Part shown: positions 1 through 12,977 of the stretch, one piece after another
How positions within the stretch are numbered: position 1 is the first letter of the stretch
How the letters are laid out: each line of letters opens with the position of its first letter
NCBI GenBank assembly: GCA_964016885.1
Contig: OZ024747.1
Coordinates: 10,912,001 to 10,976,000, forward strand
Direction of reading: 5' to 3'
From: Eledone cirrhosa
Lineage: Eukaryota
DNA length: 64,000 nt
Notes under the pieces: model-generated
Databases searched by the model: none
What the model was told of the DNA's origin: nothing
The model's input: the letters and a program-made list of their open reading frames with translations, nothing else
Made by a program: the position numbers and the translations under genes

Positions 1-641
1 TGTCTGAGTGGACTCCATTAAAGATAATCAAATGTAAATGGTGATATTAAACTGGTTGGCGGATTAGTTGTAACTTATAAGTATATGTATGGACCCTTAA
101 CTCCTGCTGGAGTGGAAGGGGCGCCGTTTTAAGTATTTTAAAGCTAGCATAGCCCATCTCTCTTCAAGTCTGAAGACAGCCGATTTCTTCCAGAGACGTT
201 GTGAGAGAGAGAGAGAGGGGGGGGGGCGAGAGAAAGAAAGAGAGAGAGAGAGGGAGAGAGATAGAGAGAGATGGAGAGAAAGAGAGAGATGGAGAGAGAG
301 AGAAGAGAGAGATGGAAAGAGAGAGATATGGAGAGATGGAGAGAGAGATATGGAGAGAGGGAGAGAGAGAGAGAGAGATATGAAGAGAGAGGGAGAGAGA
401 GAGAGAAAGAAAGAGAGAGAGCGAGAGAGAATTGACCCCAGTACTTGACTGATACTTCTGTAATTGACCTGGAAATGGTGAAAGACACAAGGTCTAATGT
501 ACCAAGAAAATAATATATACAGTTCATTCTAGCCACAGATTTGTGTCATCTCTCAATTTCCTTCATAAAAGCTTGTGTCAAACCTGAGGCCATTGTAGAA
601 GACGAATATGACAGGGTTACATGTATGCAGTAATTAGTAGA

Positions 642-805
642 CAGGCGGTGAAGTGACAGAGTCGTTAGAACGTCGGATAGAATGCTTTGAGGTATTTATT
701 TCAGTTCCCTGCTCTCTGAGTTCAAATCCCACCGAGGTCAACTTTGCCTTTCATCTATTCAAGGTCGATAAAAAACAAATACCAGTCAAGTATTGGGGTC
801 GATTC
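642..805 (+). mobile_element. tRNA-derived SINE with Meta/MESC-like central domain
   Basis: A-box-like tgacagagtcgttag and B-box gagttcaaatcc, followed by gcctttcatc..ggtcgataaaa..taccag. The same body recurs more than 10 times in the window. Confidence 0.8.
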
Positions 806-1277
806 TTCCTCTATATCTCTTTCTCACTTTCTTTCTGTCACTCTTTCTATCTTTCTCTGGAAGAAATCTGCTGCTTTTGACCTGGAGAGAAATGGGCTCA
901 ACCAGGTTTTAAAATCGCATAGAAACACCGCATGTCAATACAGCGCCCCCTATGACTCCCCCAGAAGTTAAGGAACCCTGAATGCATATAATTAGTAGAC
1001 ATAAACTACCCCAAGAGGACCTAATTCCTTTAAGATTATTCCAATAAAATAATTACTCAATTGAAGCCCGCCAATTCTCTGGGTGTAGATATATGTTCTT
1101 TAAGGCTATCTTAAGGTGTCACAGCGGCATTGAACCCACCACTTGCGAAACACACGAACACATGTCAATGGCGAAGCAGAAAAAAAAAAAATTAAAAAAT
1201 AAGAAATGAAAATAAGAGTTTAAAGAAAATTCCTTTGTGTATTAATTTCTGTAAGAATGGTAGAGAAGAAGATGGAG

Positions 1278-1343
<66 letters not shown>

Positions 1344-1415
1344 TAAATATATATATAAACATATACATATACAAATATATAAATACATACATAGATAAAT
1401 ATATATATAAATATG

Positions 1416-1476
<61 letters not shown>

Positions 1477-1515
1477 TTATATATATATTTATCTATGTAT
1501 GTATTTATTTATTTG

Positions 1516-1597
<82 letters not shown>

Positions 1598-1992
1598 TAT
1601 ACATACATAAATAAATAAATACATACATACATAAATATATAAATATATACATACCTACACAAATAGATATACAAATACATACATACAGACATAAATATAT
1701 AAATAAATGCATAGTTAAATAATTATAAAAATACGTACATACATACATAAATATATATAACGAAAACAAAGAGTTTAATAAATACAAAGACTTTTAAAAA
1801 AATTTCCTTAAACATTAAGAGAAATTATATCGGCATAGAAATTCAATTAAAAGCAAGAACTACAGGTATGTTTTGTGTTTGTTTCAAAATGTGTTTAACG
1901 AACTTGCAGGTGTTTAATTCTTCAACAAGTGGTGTCTATATAACGGTAAATGTATGTATGTATGTATGTATGTATGTATGTATGTATGTATG

Positions 1993-2245
1993 TTTTCTCT
2001 TTCTCTTAATTTCGAGTATATTTTTTTGACCGGCCACCTTCCTGGTGGCAAGGTTGTAAAAGAAAAGAAATTGTCATCCCTTGAATCGCAAGAATGTTTT
2101 GCAAATTTTGAAGGTGCCAGCTATCGCAGCCATTTGCAGACTATGAATTAGGGAGCTGCGCTTTTTGTCCGCAAATCCAAGTTCAGTCATACTTTGGTCC
2201 AAGCGGGTTGGTATATAACCCGTAGCACCAATAATGATGGGTATG
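1993..2245 (-). mobile_element. R4/Dong-like RLE LINE family A, 3' fragment
   Basis: Encodes [37 protein letters not shown], matching the C-terminus of ORF 48323-49114. Flanked by (TATG)n on both sides. Confidence 0.85.
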
Positions 2246-2289
2246 TATGTATGTATGTATGTATGTATGTATGTATGTATGTATGTATG

Positions 2290-2323
<34 letters not shown>

Positions 2324-2456
2324 TGTATGTATATGTGTATGTATGTATGTATAATTATATGTAAGTATGTATGTACTAATATATAGATAGATATCCATGT
2401 GTATGTGTATGTATGATGTGTGTGTATATATGCATATATGCATATATGCATGTATG

Positions 2457-2546
<90 letters not shown>

Positions 2547-2552
2547 ATGTAC

Positions 2553-2596
<44 letters not shown>

Positions 2597-2599
2597 ATG

Positions 2600-2669
<70 letters not shown>

Positions 2670-2771
2670 AAATGGCTGACTAAATACACATGATATTTGT
2701 CAAAAAGATTTTTCCGTTCCTTCCTCTTCTTATTCTCTATCTTGCCATTTCTTCTTTTATTTCTTATTCAA

Positions 2772-2807
2772 TCTTCTGATGAAGGACTAGTGTCCGAAAC
2801 GTTAAGA
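2772..2807 (+). ncRNA. Minimal type I hammerhead ribozyme (Penelope-type)
   Basis: tctt-CTGATGA-a-ggac tagt gtcc-GAAACGTT-aaga: stem I, stem II and a palindromic ACGT stem III. Confidence 0.8.
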
Positions 2808-2903
2808 CTCTTTTCCCTCTGTATCAAGCGTTAAACACTAATAATACACGTATTCATTGTACTGTGTCGTTTGCTTTGTTATTTCAGCTTACTTTTTGCA
2901 TCA

Positions 2904-2995
<92 letters not shown>

Positions 2996-3025
2996 GAAAA
3001 ACCACAGACCCTCCATCTCAACTCA

Positions 3026-3063
3026 CCTTTTGAAAAGCAGAAGAACTGCGAAACCGGTAAAGG
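3026..3063 (+). ncRNA. Hammerhead variant with U3-A8 core
   Basis: cctt-TTGAAAA-gcag aagaa ctgc-GAAACCGGTA-aagg. All three helices are present and C3-G8 is replaced by U3-A8. Confidence 0.65.
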
Positions 3064-3195
3064 AACCAAATAAATATATATATTTAAAAAAAAAATAAGA
3101 CTTCAGTTGCATTTTCGATTTCATCCCTTTTTCTTTATACTTCCAATCGTGTAGGACACCTCGGTTATTTTTCTTTTTGTAAAAAAAAACCTCAC

Positions 3196-3244
<49 letters not shown>

Positions 3245-3305
3245 TTTCTGTATATATATATATATATATATAGTTAAAAGAATAGAGGTGTAACACACAA
3301 GTTAT

Positions 3306-3709
3306 TATATATTGGTAAACGGAATAGAAAATGCTGACAAATTGTTCACAGTTGAAAAATGGTTTAATTAGGAATAAAAGAGTATTAGTGATTGTATGGG
3401 TTAGTATTCAGTTGTGGTTTTAAGTTTTTAAGTTTTTACCGGTTGCGCATTTCTAAATGCTTTTCAAAAATAATTTTGAGATAGAGTGTCCGTGCTGTTT
3501 GCTGTTTGCTCTGATCAGAGCAAACAGCACGGACACTCTATCTCAAAATTATTTTTGAAAAGCATTTAGAAATGCGCAACCGGTAAAAACTTAAAAACTT
3601 AAAACCACAACTGAATACTAACCCATACAATCCCTAATACTCTTTTATTCCTAATTAAACCATTTTTCAACTGTGAACAATTTGTCAACATTTTCTATTC
3701 CGTTTACCA

Positions 3710-3716
<7 letters not shown>
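3306..3716. repeat. ~200-bp-arm palindrome of a Penelope-LTR-like module; each arm carries a TTGAAAA..GCAACCGGTA hammerhead variant
   Basis: Centre ctga|tcag at 3514/3515; arms are nearly exact reverse complements. A related single copy lies at 55262-55460. Confidence 0.9.
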
Positions 3717-3782
<66 letters not shown>

Positions 3783-3872
3783 CAATGAGTTATTAATTTG
3801 TTGATTATTCAACAAATTTCGTTTATAACAGATTAGAACCATTCAACAGCATCCTTCTGGGGTATAATATCA

Positions 3873-4130
3873 ATAATATTAATAAATGGAATCTATCTTT
3901 ATAAAACCATATTTATTTTGTTATATATATTTCGAGGGTACTAAACAAGAACTTAATGTTGTGAGTTCTATTCAAATAGAACTCACAACATTATATGCTT
4001 CTTGTTTGAATATGTCACTATCTGTAAATCATCTTTTGTATTTTATCTGATGAGTGCGTACCAACATTTTGGTACCCTTGAAATATATATAATAAAATAA
4101 ATATGGTTTTATAAAGATAGCTTCGATTTA

Positions 4131-4138
<8 letters not shown>
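3873..4138 (+). mobile_element. Penelope-LTR-like module with inverted partial copy and HHR (CTGATGA at 4047)
   Basis: 3873-3945 is the reverse complement of ~4068-4138, with a central hairpin at 3955-3993. Motif ttttat-CTGATGA..GAAATATATA..ataaaa. Family also at 37325, 58911 and 61190. Confidence 0.7.
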
Positions 4139-4197
<59 letters not shown>

Positions 4198-4202
<5 letters not shown>

Positions 4203-4343
4203 TCTGAAGACGGCATATATATGTGTTGGTATGTATATTTAATTTTGATAGTTTGTATAATTTTGTATAATTTTGTACATAGATCTGTTGAATATGCATG
4301 CCAATTCTAACACATATATATCCTAGAAACGATCGTTAAATAA
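4198..4343 (+). ncRNA. Type I hammerhead with very long stem II
   Basis: ttattt-CTGAAGA(4204)..atatatgtgtt/aacacatatat helix..GAAACGATCGTT(4326)-aaataa. Confidence 0.65.
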
Positions 4344-4541
4344 TGAACTTTTTTTGTTTAATATAAGGAACTGTTTCATTGTTTTATTCATTATTTTTTT
4401 AATATTTTATCTTGACTCTGTATTCCGTTTATCTTTCACCGAAAGTGATTTTTCATTGCATCTCTTCTTTCCATGATATCCGGATTACATTGAGTTCTTC
4501 ATACGGATTGGACACTACCGTAAACTCTTGGTAGATTTATC

Positions 4542-4575
<34 letters not shown>

Positions 4576-4788
4576 GTCTTGTATTTTCGTTGCTCTGGTA
4601 ATGCGGCTGGACTGCCGACCGCTATATCTGATTTGCTAAGCTGTCTGAACGTAATGTTATTACTCTGGGGTCTTACCTCATCCGAGTGCTAAAGCTACAG
4701 ACCGATTATGCATATACGCTAGCTTGGCCGTATTCTAAAGCTTCGTCAATGCTGTACTAAAATTTATATATATATATATAGAGAGAGA

Positions 4789-4983
4789 AAAATGTTCAAG
4801 ACCCCGACGGCAGAGCTCAAGCCGTTTCGCCAGCTATTTCTGGACTCCAGAAATAGCCGTCTAACGGCTTGAGCTCTGCACTCGGGGTCTTGAACATTTT
4901 CCTATTACCGACTCTACTACCCAAAGTATTGAGTACTCTGGTACGTTTTATTCAACTGGTTCCTTACCACACTTCCTTCGTTA

Positions 4984-4985
<2 letters not shown>
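4789..4985 (+). mobile_element. Penelope-LTR-like fragment; palindrome 4789-4900 containing the 3' half of an HHR
   Basis: GAAAC-ggcttgagctctgcc-GTC-ggggtc on the minus arm. Same family as 62140-62340. Confidence 0.6.
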
Positions 4986-5070
<85 letters not shown>

Positions 5071-5170
5071 ATATATATATATATATATACGTTATTCCGG
5101 GTTGAATCGGAGATAACCACAGTAAGTAAGGTACTCAATACATAGCAGAGTATAAAAGTTTTAATATAAT

Positions 5171-5436
<266 letters not shown>

Positions 5437-5455
5437 ATATATATATATATATGTG

Positions 5456-5495
<40 letters not shown>

Positions 5496-5515
5496 TCTGT
5501 GTGTGTATATGCGCG

Positions 5516-5564
<49 letters not shown>

Positions 5565-5735
5565 GTCGTTGACTCGGAAAACTCCTGTATTATTGCAGTC
5601 ATCAGTCTGTATCAGGCGTCAATTTTTCAGCCGTGGGCCCTTAGAAAACTACTGAGCCCCAACTTTCTCTTTTTTAGGGCAGGTGTGGCATGAAATTTGA
5701 ACAGAGACGCCGTTAACAGGGGCTGCATCCTTATA

Positions 5736-5779
<44 letters not shown>

Positions 5780-5885
5780 TATATACGCATAAACACACAC
5801 ACTCACACACACACACTCACTCATACACACACTCACACACACATTCACACACATACACAGTCACACACACACTCACACACACACA

Positions 5886-5947
<62 letters not shown>

Positions 5948-6702
5948 GGCGATAGAAATGTTGATCGATTATTATTATAGACAGAGAGATAGATAGATGA
6001 TAGATAGAGAGAGAAAACTGAGAGTGGGAAGTGAGACAGAGGTGTGTGCATGTGTATGTGTGTGTGTGTGTGCGTGAGTGTGTATGTTTATGTGTGTGTA
6101 TGTGTGAGAGAGCGGGAGTGAGACAATAAGGTCGACTTAGCGTCGGTTTAACTGAGTAAGTCGTCATAGTAGACAATACTAGCATTCACTGCAATTCAAA
6201 GTGTATGAAAGGATCACGTGACCTGATTATACTCGCGTAACGTCGGCCATTGTTGTTATTGTAATTGTTGTTGTTGTTTATTGTTGTTACTGTTGTTGTA
6301 TTTGGTTTTGTTGTCATTACCATTATGTATGTTATTTCTGTTAACAAACCTTATGGCAAAATATATAGATCGCTACTATTGTTGTTGTTGTTATTGTTGT
6401 CTAGACTCAAATCTGCCCTGATTGAGTTCACTTATGATCAAAGTCAAGCGTTTCCAGCTGTGATCACCTCGTCATATTTCTCAGACATAGTATATCTAGG
6501 ATTGCATTATCTAATGTCCTATCTTACTTTTTTTTCATTTTTTCAGATAGTGTACATATGAACTCGTAACTCCTGGTGGAGCCGTAATGGCGCCGGGCTG
6601 ATATACAGCATGTCTTGAGCAGTTTTATACATGGCGAAACCCATCCCCTTTCCAGGTGTGAACACAGCCAATTTCTCGGAGTAAAGGAGAGAGAGAGAGA
6701 GA

Positions 6703-6740
<38 letters not shown>

Positions 6741-6821
6741 GAGAAAAAGAAATACAGAGGTATTGGACTGGTATTTTATTTATTGACCTTGAAAGGATGA
6801 AAAGTAGTGTGGACCACGGCG

Positions 6822-6892
<71 letters not shown>

Positions 6893-7078
6893 CATGTCTG
6901 TGTATGGGTATATATGTGTGTGTTATTGTGTATTAGAAATCAGTTGACAAACTGATGAGAATTCTGTAAATTCTGTAAATTAGGTTTATACCTGTAATTA
7001 ATGGAGCTCCTGTTTATGTGACTAACTGTCTCAGAATCTCAAACATTGCAGTATATCCTGTATTTGGTACATATACCC

Positions 7079-7147
<69 letters not shown>

Positions 7148-7250
7148 AATATATATATATATATATAGTTATATATATATATATATGATTCTACATATAT
7201 ATATATATAGAGAGAGAGAGAGTGAGACAATTTGTTCCGAAAGTATTGCA

Positions 7251-7340
7251 TGTGTCCGAAGAACCCGCAGATCTAGAATCAGACAGATCCATACAATGAT
7301 CATGTCTCGAGCTATCTGCCGGCGAAACAACTGTAACACA
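7251..7340 (+). ncRNA. Type I hammerhead (CCGAAGA core variant)
   Basis: tgtgt-CCGAAGA..gcagat/atctgc stem II..GAAACaactGTA-acaca. Confidence 0.55.
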
Positions 7341-7481
7341 CAATAAACTGAGTCCAGATGCATCACTGATTTTTCGTTTTATATTATATCATACTCTGCT
7401 CTGTAAGAACATAGAGTGCTCAACTGGCATACCACCTATGGAAGCATCATAGCTATCATTAAACACACACACACACTCACA

Positions 7482-7571
<90 letters not shown>

Positions 7572-7618
7572 TAAAATAACAGGAGGCTGGACTGGTGTAA
7601 ATCCTTGAAAGGTTTATT

Positions 7619-7677
7619 ATACTCTGATCATTTCAATGACCGGGTTCCGTATGAATCCGGTGATATCATCAGGTATT
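7619..7677 (-). ncRNA. Degenerate hammerhead
   Basis: atac-CTGATGA-..ccggattc/gaacccgg..-GAAATGATCAGA-gtat; the U16.1 position is mutated. Confidence 0.4.
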
Positions 7678-7769
7678 CAAAATATAACCAAGGAATATAA
7701 CAGATAAAATCCATGGGGCTGAAAATCAAAGACAAGAGGACGACTGACCAACTAGCTGCTTTCACCTCA

Positions 7770-7834
<65 letters not shown>

Positions 7835-7835
7835 C

Positions 7836-7909
<74 letters not shown>

Positions 7910-7958
7910 TTGTCCATACCCTTTCCAAAAGGTTTACTATAGAAACACACGAATATGA

Positions 7959-8008
<50 letters not shown>

Positions 8009-8243
8009 CACCTAGAGACGCATATACACACATACACACAGAGCCCCCCCCCCACACACACACAGGCTAGATACTCACACACACAGACACTCACACATAT
8101 ATATATACAGGTTCACACACAAACAAATTTAGAAAAAAAAATACACCTATTATACCGGAGACACATACATCTACAGACAAATGCCCAACAGATACAGAAA
8201 AACACAGCCTTACATACACACATGCATACGCACACACACACAA

Positions 8244-8294
<51 letters not shown>

Positions 8295-8437
8295 TACATA
8301 CACACACACACACACACAAACACATACACTGACCGGAGACAATAATTTGGTTCTGTCTATCGCCGTGGGAAAAAAAACCAACAGAGAAAGTATAGCAATT
8401 GTATAGTTATATAAAAGAGACAACTATATGATGTATG

Positions 8438-8505
<68 letters not shown>

Positions 8506-8593
8506 ACAATTGTCACCAGTTTAATAACTGAGACAAAGATCTAAGCAATTTATATATCAATTGTACACAGTTTAGTGACAGAGACAGAGGTTA

Positions 8594-8688
<95 letters not shown>

Positions 8689-8841
8689 TGTGTGTATATA
8701 TATATGCGTGTGTGTGTGTGAGAGAGAGTGTGTGTTCTTATGTATACGTACATATATAAATATATATATATGTGTGTGTGTATGTGTGTGTGTGTGTGTG
8801 AGAGAGAGAGTGTGTGTTCTTATGTATATGTACATATATAA

Positions 8842-8875
<34 letters not shown>

Positions 8876-9013
8876 CTGTGCGTGTGTGAGAGAGAGTGTG
8901 TGTTCTTATGTATACATACATATATAAATATATATATATGTGTGTGTGTATGTGTGTATGTGTGTGTGTGTGTGAGAGGGAGTGTGTGTTCTTATGTATA
9001 CGTACATATATAA

Positions 9014-9058
<45 letters not shown>

Positions 9059-9089
9059 TGTGTGTTCTTATGTATATGTACATATATAA

Positions 9090-9131
<42 letters not shown>

Positions 9132-9599
9132 TATATGTCATTTAAGAGTAAAGAGTTCAAAATGTTTATACACACACATACACACACACACACATATTGA
9201 GTGTATATGTTTGTGTGTTTGTGTGTATGTGTGTATGTGTATGCACGTGTGTGTATACATAAGAAGAATACATAGCGTGTAAAGAAGGACGTGACCGAAA
9301 GATGAGTGCAATGTAGATGTAGATAGAAATGTCTGATGGGGTGGGTCTGGGGGAGGGGGGGTCTGGCGGGGTGGGTCTGGCGGAGTGGGTCTATCTGAAC
9401 TGTCTAGCCTGGTGCACTACCGCATCGTTTTCTTATATCCTTCTGATATTTCTGTCGCAATGAGACTTGCAATCTTCCAGTCTCTACACAGACTCACTAC
9501 ATCTCCCTCTCCCCTTCTCCCTCTCCCTCTCCCTCCCTCTCCCACTCTCTCCCTCTCCCCCTCTCTCTCTCTCCCCCTCTCTCCCTCTCTCTCTCTTAC

Positions 9600-11270
9600 C
9601 ATTAGACAGTCTCATTAGACAGTGGTACCTTAAGTGTACCACGCAACCTTGACAATGAAATATCATTAAGAATCAGCAAAGCTTGTGATGTCTTCGGAAA
9701 GTTGGAGAAGCGACTATGGTTCCAGCAAGGGAGCTGTATTGACACTAAAGTTAAGTTCTACATGACTTGTGTATTATCATCTCTACTATATGGTACACCA
9801 GTGAGGTGTCTCTATACTAAAGTTAAGGTCTACATGACTTGTGTATTGTCATCTCTACTATATGGTACACCAGTGAGGTGTCTCTATACTAAAGTTAAGG
9901 TCTACATGACTTGTGTATTGTCATCTCTACTATATGGTACACCAGTGAGGTGTCTCTATACTAAAGTTAAGGTCTACATGACTTGTGTATTGTCATCTCT
10001 ACTATATGGTACACCAGTGAGGTGTCTCTATACTAAAGTTAAGTTCTACATGACTTGTGTATTGTCATCTCTACTATATGGTACACCAGTGAGGTGTCTC
10101 TATACTAAAGTTAAGTTCTACATGACTTGTGTATTGTCATCTCTACTATATGGTACACCAGTGAGGTGTCTCTATACTAAAGTTAAGGTCTACATGACTT
10201 GTGTATTGTCATCTCTACTATATGGTACACCAGTGAGGTGTCTCTATACTAAAGTTAAGTTCTACATGACTTGTGTATTGTCATCTCTACTATATGGTAC
10301 ACCAGTGAGGTGTCTCTATACTAAAGTTAAGGTCTACATGACTTGTGTATTGTCATCTCTACTATATGGTACCAGTGAGGTGTCTCTATACTAAAGTTAA
10401 GGTCTACATGACTTGTGTATTGTCATCTCTACTATATGGTACACCAGTGAGGTGTCTCTATACTAAAGTTAAGGTCTACATGACTTGTGTATTGTCATCT
10501 CTACTATATGGTACCAGTGAGGTGTCTCTATACTAAAGTTAAGGTCTACATGACTTGTGTATTGTCATCTCTACTATATGGTACACCAGTGAGGTGTCTC
10601 TATACTAAAGTTAAGGTCTACATGACTTGTGTATTGTCATCTCTACTATATGGTACCAGTGAGGTGTCTCTATACTAAAGTTAAGTTCTACATGACTTGT
10701 GTATTGTCATCTCTACTATATGGTACCAGTGAGGTGTTTCTATACTAAAGTTAAGTTCTACATGACTTGTGTATTGTCATCTCTACTATATGGTACCAGT
10801 GAGGTGTCTCTATACTAAAGTTAAGTTCTACATGACTTGTGTATTGTCATCTCAACCGGGGAGCTTTCACCAGTAGCACCTTCGTCGAATCTTAGATCTA
10901 CACAAGCGTATGAATGTGAGTGATGTTGAGGTCCTTGAAAGAAGTCACTGTCAGAGTACGAAGTCGATTATCTTGCAACACCGTCTCTGATGTGTGGGAC
11001 ATGTGGTAAAAATGGAGGACTGTAGGTTACCCAAACAACTCTTTTATTTTGAGCTGAGGGCTGGCAATCGTTCAACTCATAAACCTAAGATGAGGATCAA
11101 GGACTTTGTGAAAACATCTCGGATGAAAGCTGATATCTCGGATGAAAACTGAGAACAAGCTACCAACGGTCGAACTCTGGGGAGAGAAGCTATATATGAA
11201 GGGAAAGTACACTTTGAAACAGCCTAAAGAAATTATGCGAGGCTAAAAAGGGATTTGAAGAAGGGTTTAA
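9600..11270 (+). mobile_element. Decayed RTE-clade LINE (RT C-terminal region)
   Basis: NEISLRISKACDVFGKLEKRLW..TKVKFYMTCVLSSLLYG and ..GHVVKMEDCRLPKQLFYFEL..KPKMRIKDFVK.., with stops and frameshifts. Confidence 0.8.
9744..10853 (+). repeat. 72/70-bp minisatellite, ~15.5 units, amplified from RTE coding sequence
   Basis: actaaagttaag recurs at 9744, 9816 ... 10814. Confidence 0.95.
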
Positions 11271-11462
11271 AAGTGAAAATTGGCTGCTATTTCTAACAGA
11301 TGAAACCATCAAATAGAAGAGATGTTCTCGTTGTTCAATATTTGATATGTGTATTTGTAATTGTTGGGGTTGTTTACCTCCGAATCAACCCTGACTCAAC
11401 AAATCTGTAGTTTACCATCAAAGGAATTCCATAGATTTTCCCAGTCTAGTCTAAACTACAAA

Positions 11463-11620
11463 GAGGCGGCGAATTGAGCGAATCGTGAGAACGACTGATG
11501 TTTTGTGATGTTACTTTCGACTCTCTGTCTTCTCAGTTGAAATCCAACCACAGACAATCACGTCTTTCATCTGTCCGAGGTCGATGAGTAAAATACCAGT
11601 TCAATACTGAGTCGACTGCC
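11463..11620 (+). mobile_element. Diverged SINE
   Basis: ggcggcgaattg..gttgaaatcc..ctttcatc..ggtcgat..taccag. Confidence 0.6.
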
Positions 11621-11756
11621 CTCCGCTCTCTATTTTGTTTACTGTTGTCGTTGTTGCCGCTGTTGTTTTTGTTGTCTTTGTTCTTCTTGTTGTTGTTTGC
11701 TGTTGCTGCTACTGTTGTTGTTGCCGTTGTTGTTATTGTTTTCGCTGTTGTTATGG

Positions 11757-11792
<36 letters not shown>

Positions 11793-11905
11793 CTATTAAG
11801 ACTCGAATTAATCAGGAACAAAATAAAGGAAGAAATAAAAAAAAGCCCAGACAAGACAAACAAAATAAAACAAGAACATTAATAAGTTGTATGTATATAT
11901 GTGTG

Positions 11906-11960
11906 CAGTGGCGGACTGGGTCTAAAAATATTGGTAGCCAGGAGATGAAAGGGGCCCATC
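11906..11960 (+). mobile_element. Left end of a hAT-like MITE
   Basis: cagtggcggactgggtctaaaaatattggt is nearly identical to the end at 16220. Confidence 0.5.
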
Positions 11961-12133
11961 TACATATAGAATGCTATCATTTAATTTTTATTATGAATAA
12001 ATAACATTTTCAAAAAATACATAAGTGGAAACAAAACACTGCAATCAAATTTTTGCGGAAAAATATCTTATCTTCTCCAATAAAAAATATTATGCATTTT
12101 GCGAAATCCAGAGACTTTCAATAATGACCAGAC

Positions 12134-12580
12134 GTCGACCCTAAATATTACTAATAGCTCTAGGAAAGCCATGAACGACACCACATATTTTTAACTTTGA
12201 TTTTGAAAGTAGGTTTATAATTATCAATTTTCGTTATACTTTTGTAGTTGTCTCGGTGGCCTAGTTGGAGGAATCATAGACGGTGGTGATCTTGGTCTGA
12301 AGTTCAATCCTGGTTGGGGTAGGGTTCCTGGTTAACCTTTTCAGTTTTTTTCTATTGGTTGTAAAATAAAAACTGAAAAGTTTACATGTACCTCTTAACC
12401 AGGATTGAACCCCAGGCCAGGATCTCCACCGTCTCTAGTACCTACCGATAGGCCACAGAGACAACTACAAAATTCTTATGAAAATTCATACTTATAAACC
12501 TACTTTCAAAATTTTCAAAACAAAGTGTTGTGGTGTCGTTCATGTCTTTCTTAATGTTATTGCTCCGACTTAAGGTCGAC
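12134..12580. repeat. Diverged inverted repeat with two convergent tRNA-like (Pol III A/B box) modules
   Basis: Left TGGCCTAGTTGG..GTTCAATCC (~12257-12310); right, on minus, TGGCCTATCGG..GGTTCAATCC (~12397-12461). Both ends carry gtcgac. Confidence 0.7.
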
Positions 12581-12816
12581 TTCTAAATCATTTGGGTGTT
12601 CCATAAACTACATCCTCGTTTTATTTCACGTCTATCTAGATTATATTTTAACTTGTAATCCATGGTTCATTTCTGTTGCACCTCATGCCCCCCCCCCCCT
12701 ATCTCTCTTTCTCTCTGTGATATTTGAATCTACTATGATTTGGGGCTTACCTCATATATATTTTTGCATGTCAGTTAGATTCAAACTTACAATGATTGGC
12801 ATTATATATATATATA

Positions 12817-12880
<64 letters not shown>

Positions 12881-12886
12881 TATATA

Positions 12887-12951
<65 letters not shown>

Positions 12952-12977
12952 TTATATATATATATATATATATATAT

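Noticed and set aside
6953-7050. CTGATGA with a possible long stem II
   Set aside because: GAAA and stem I cannot be completed convincingly.
9702-10394. 230-aa repeat protein
   Set aside because: In-frame amplification of a 72-bp piece of a dead RTE ORF.
12250-12320. Functional tRNA gene
   Set aside because: A and B boxes are present but I could not build a proper cloverleaf.
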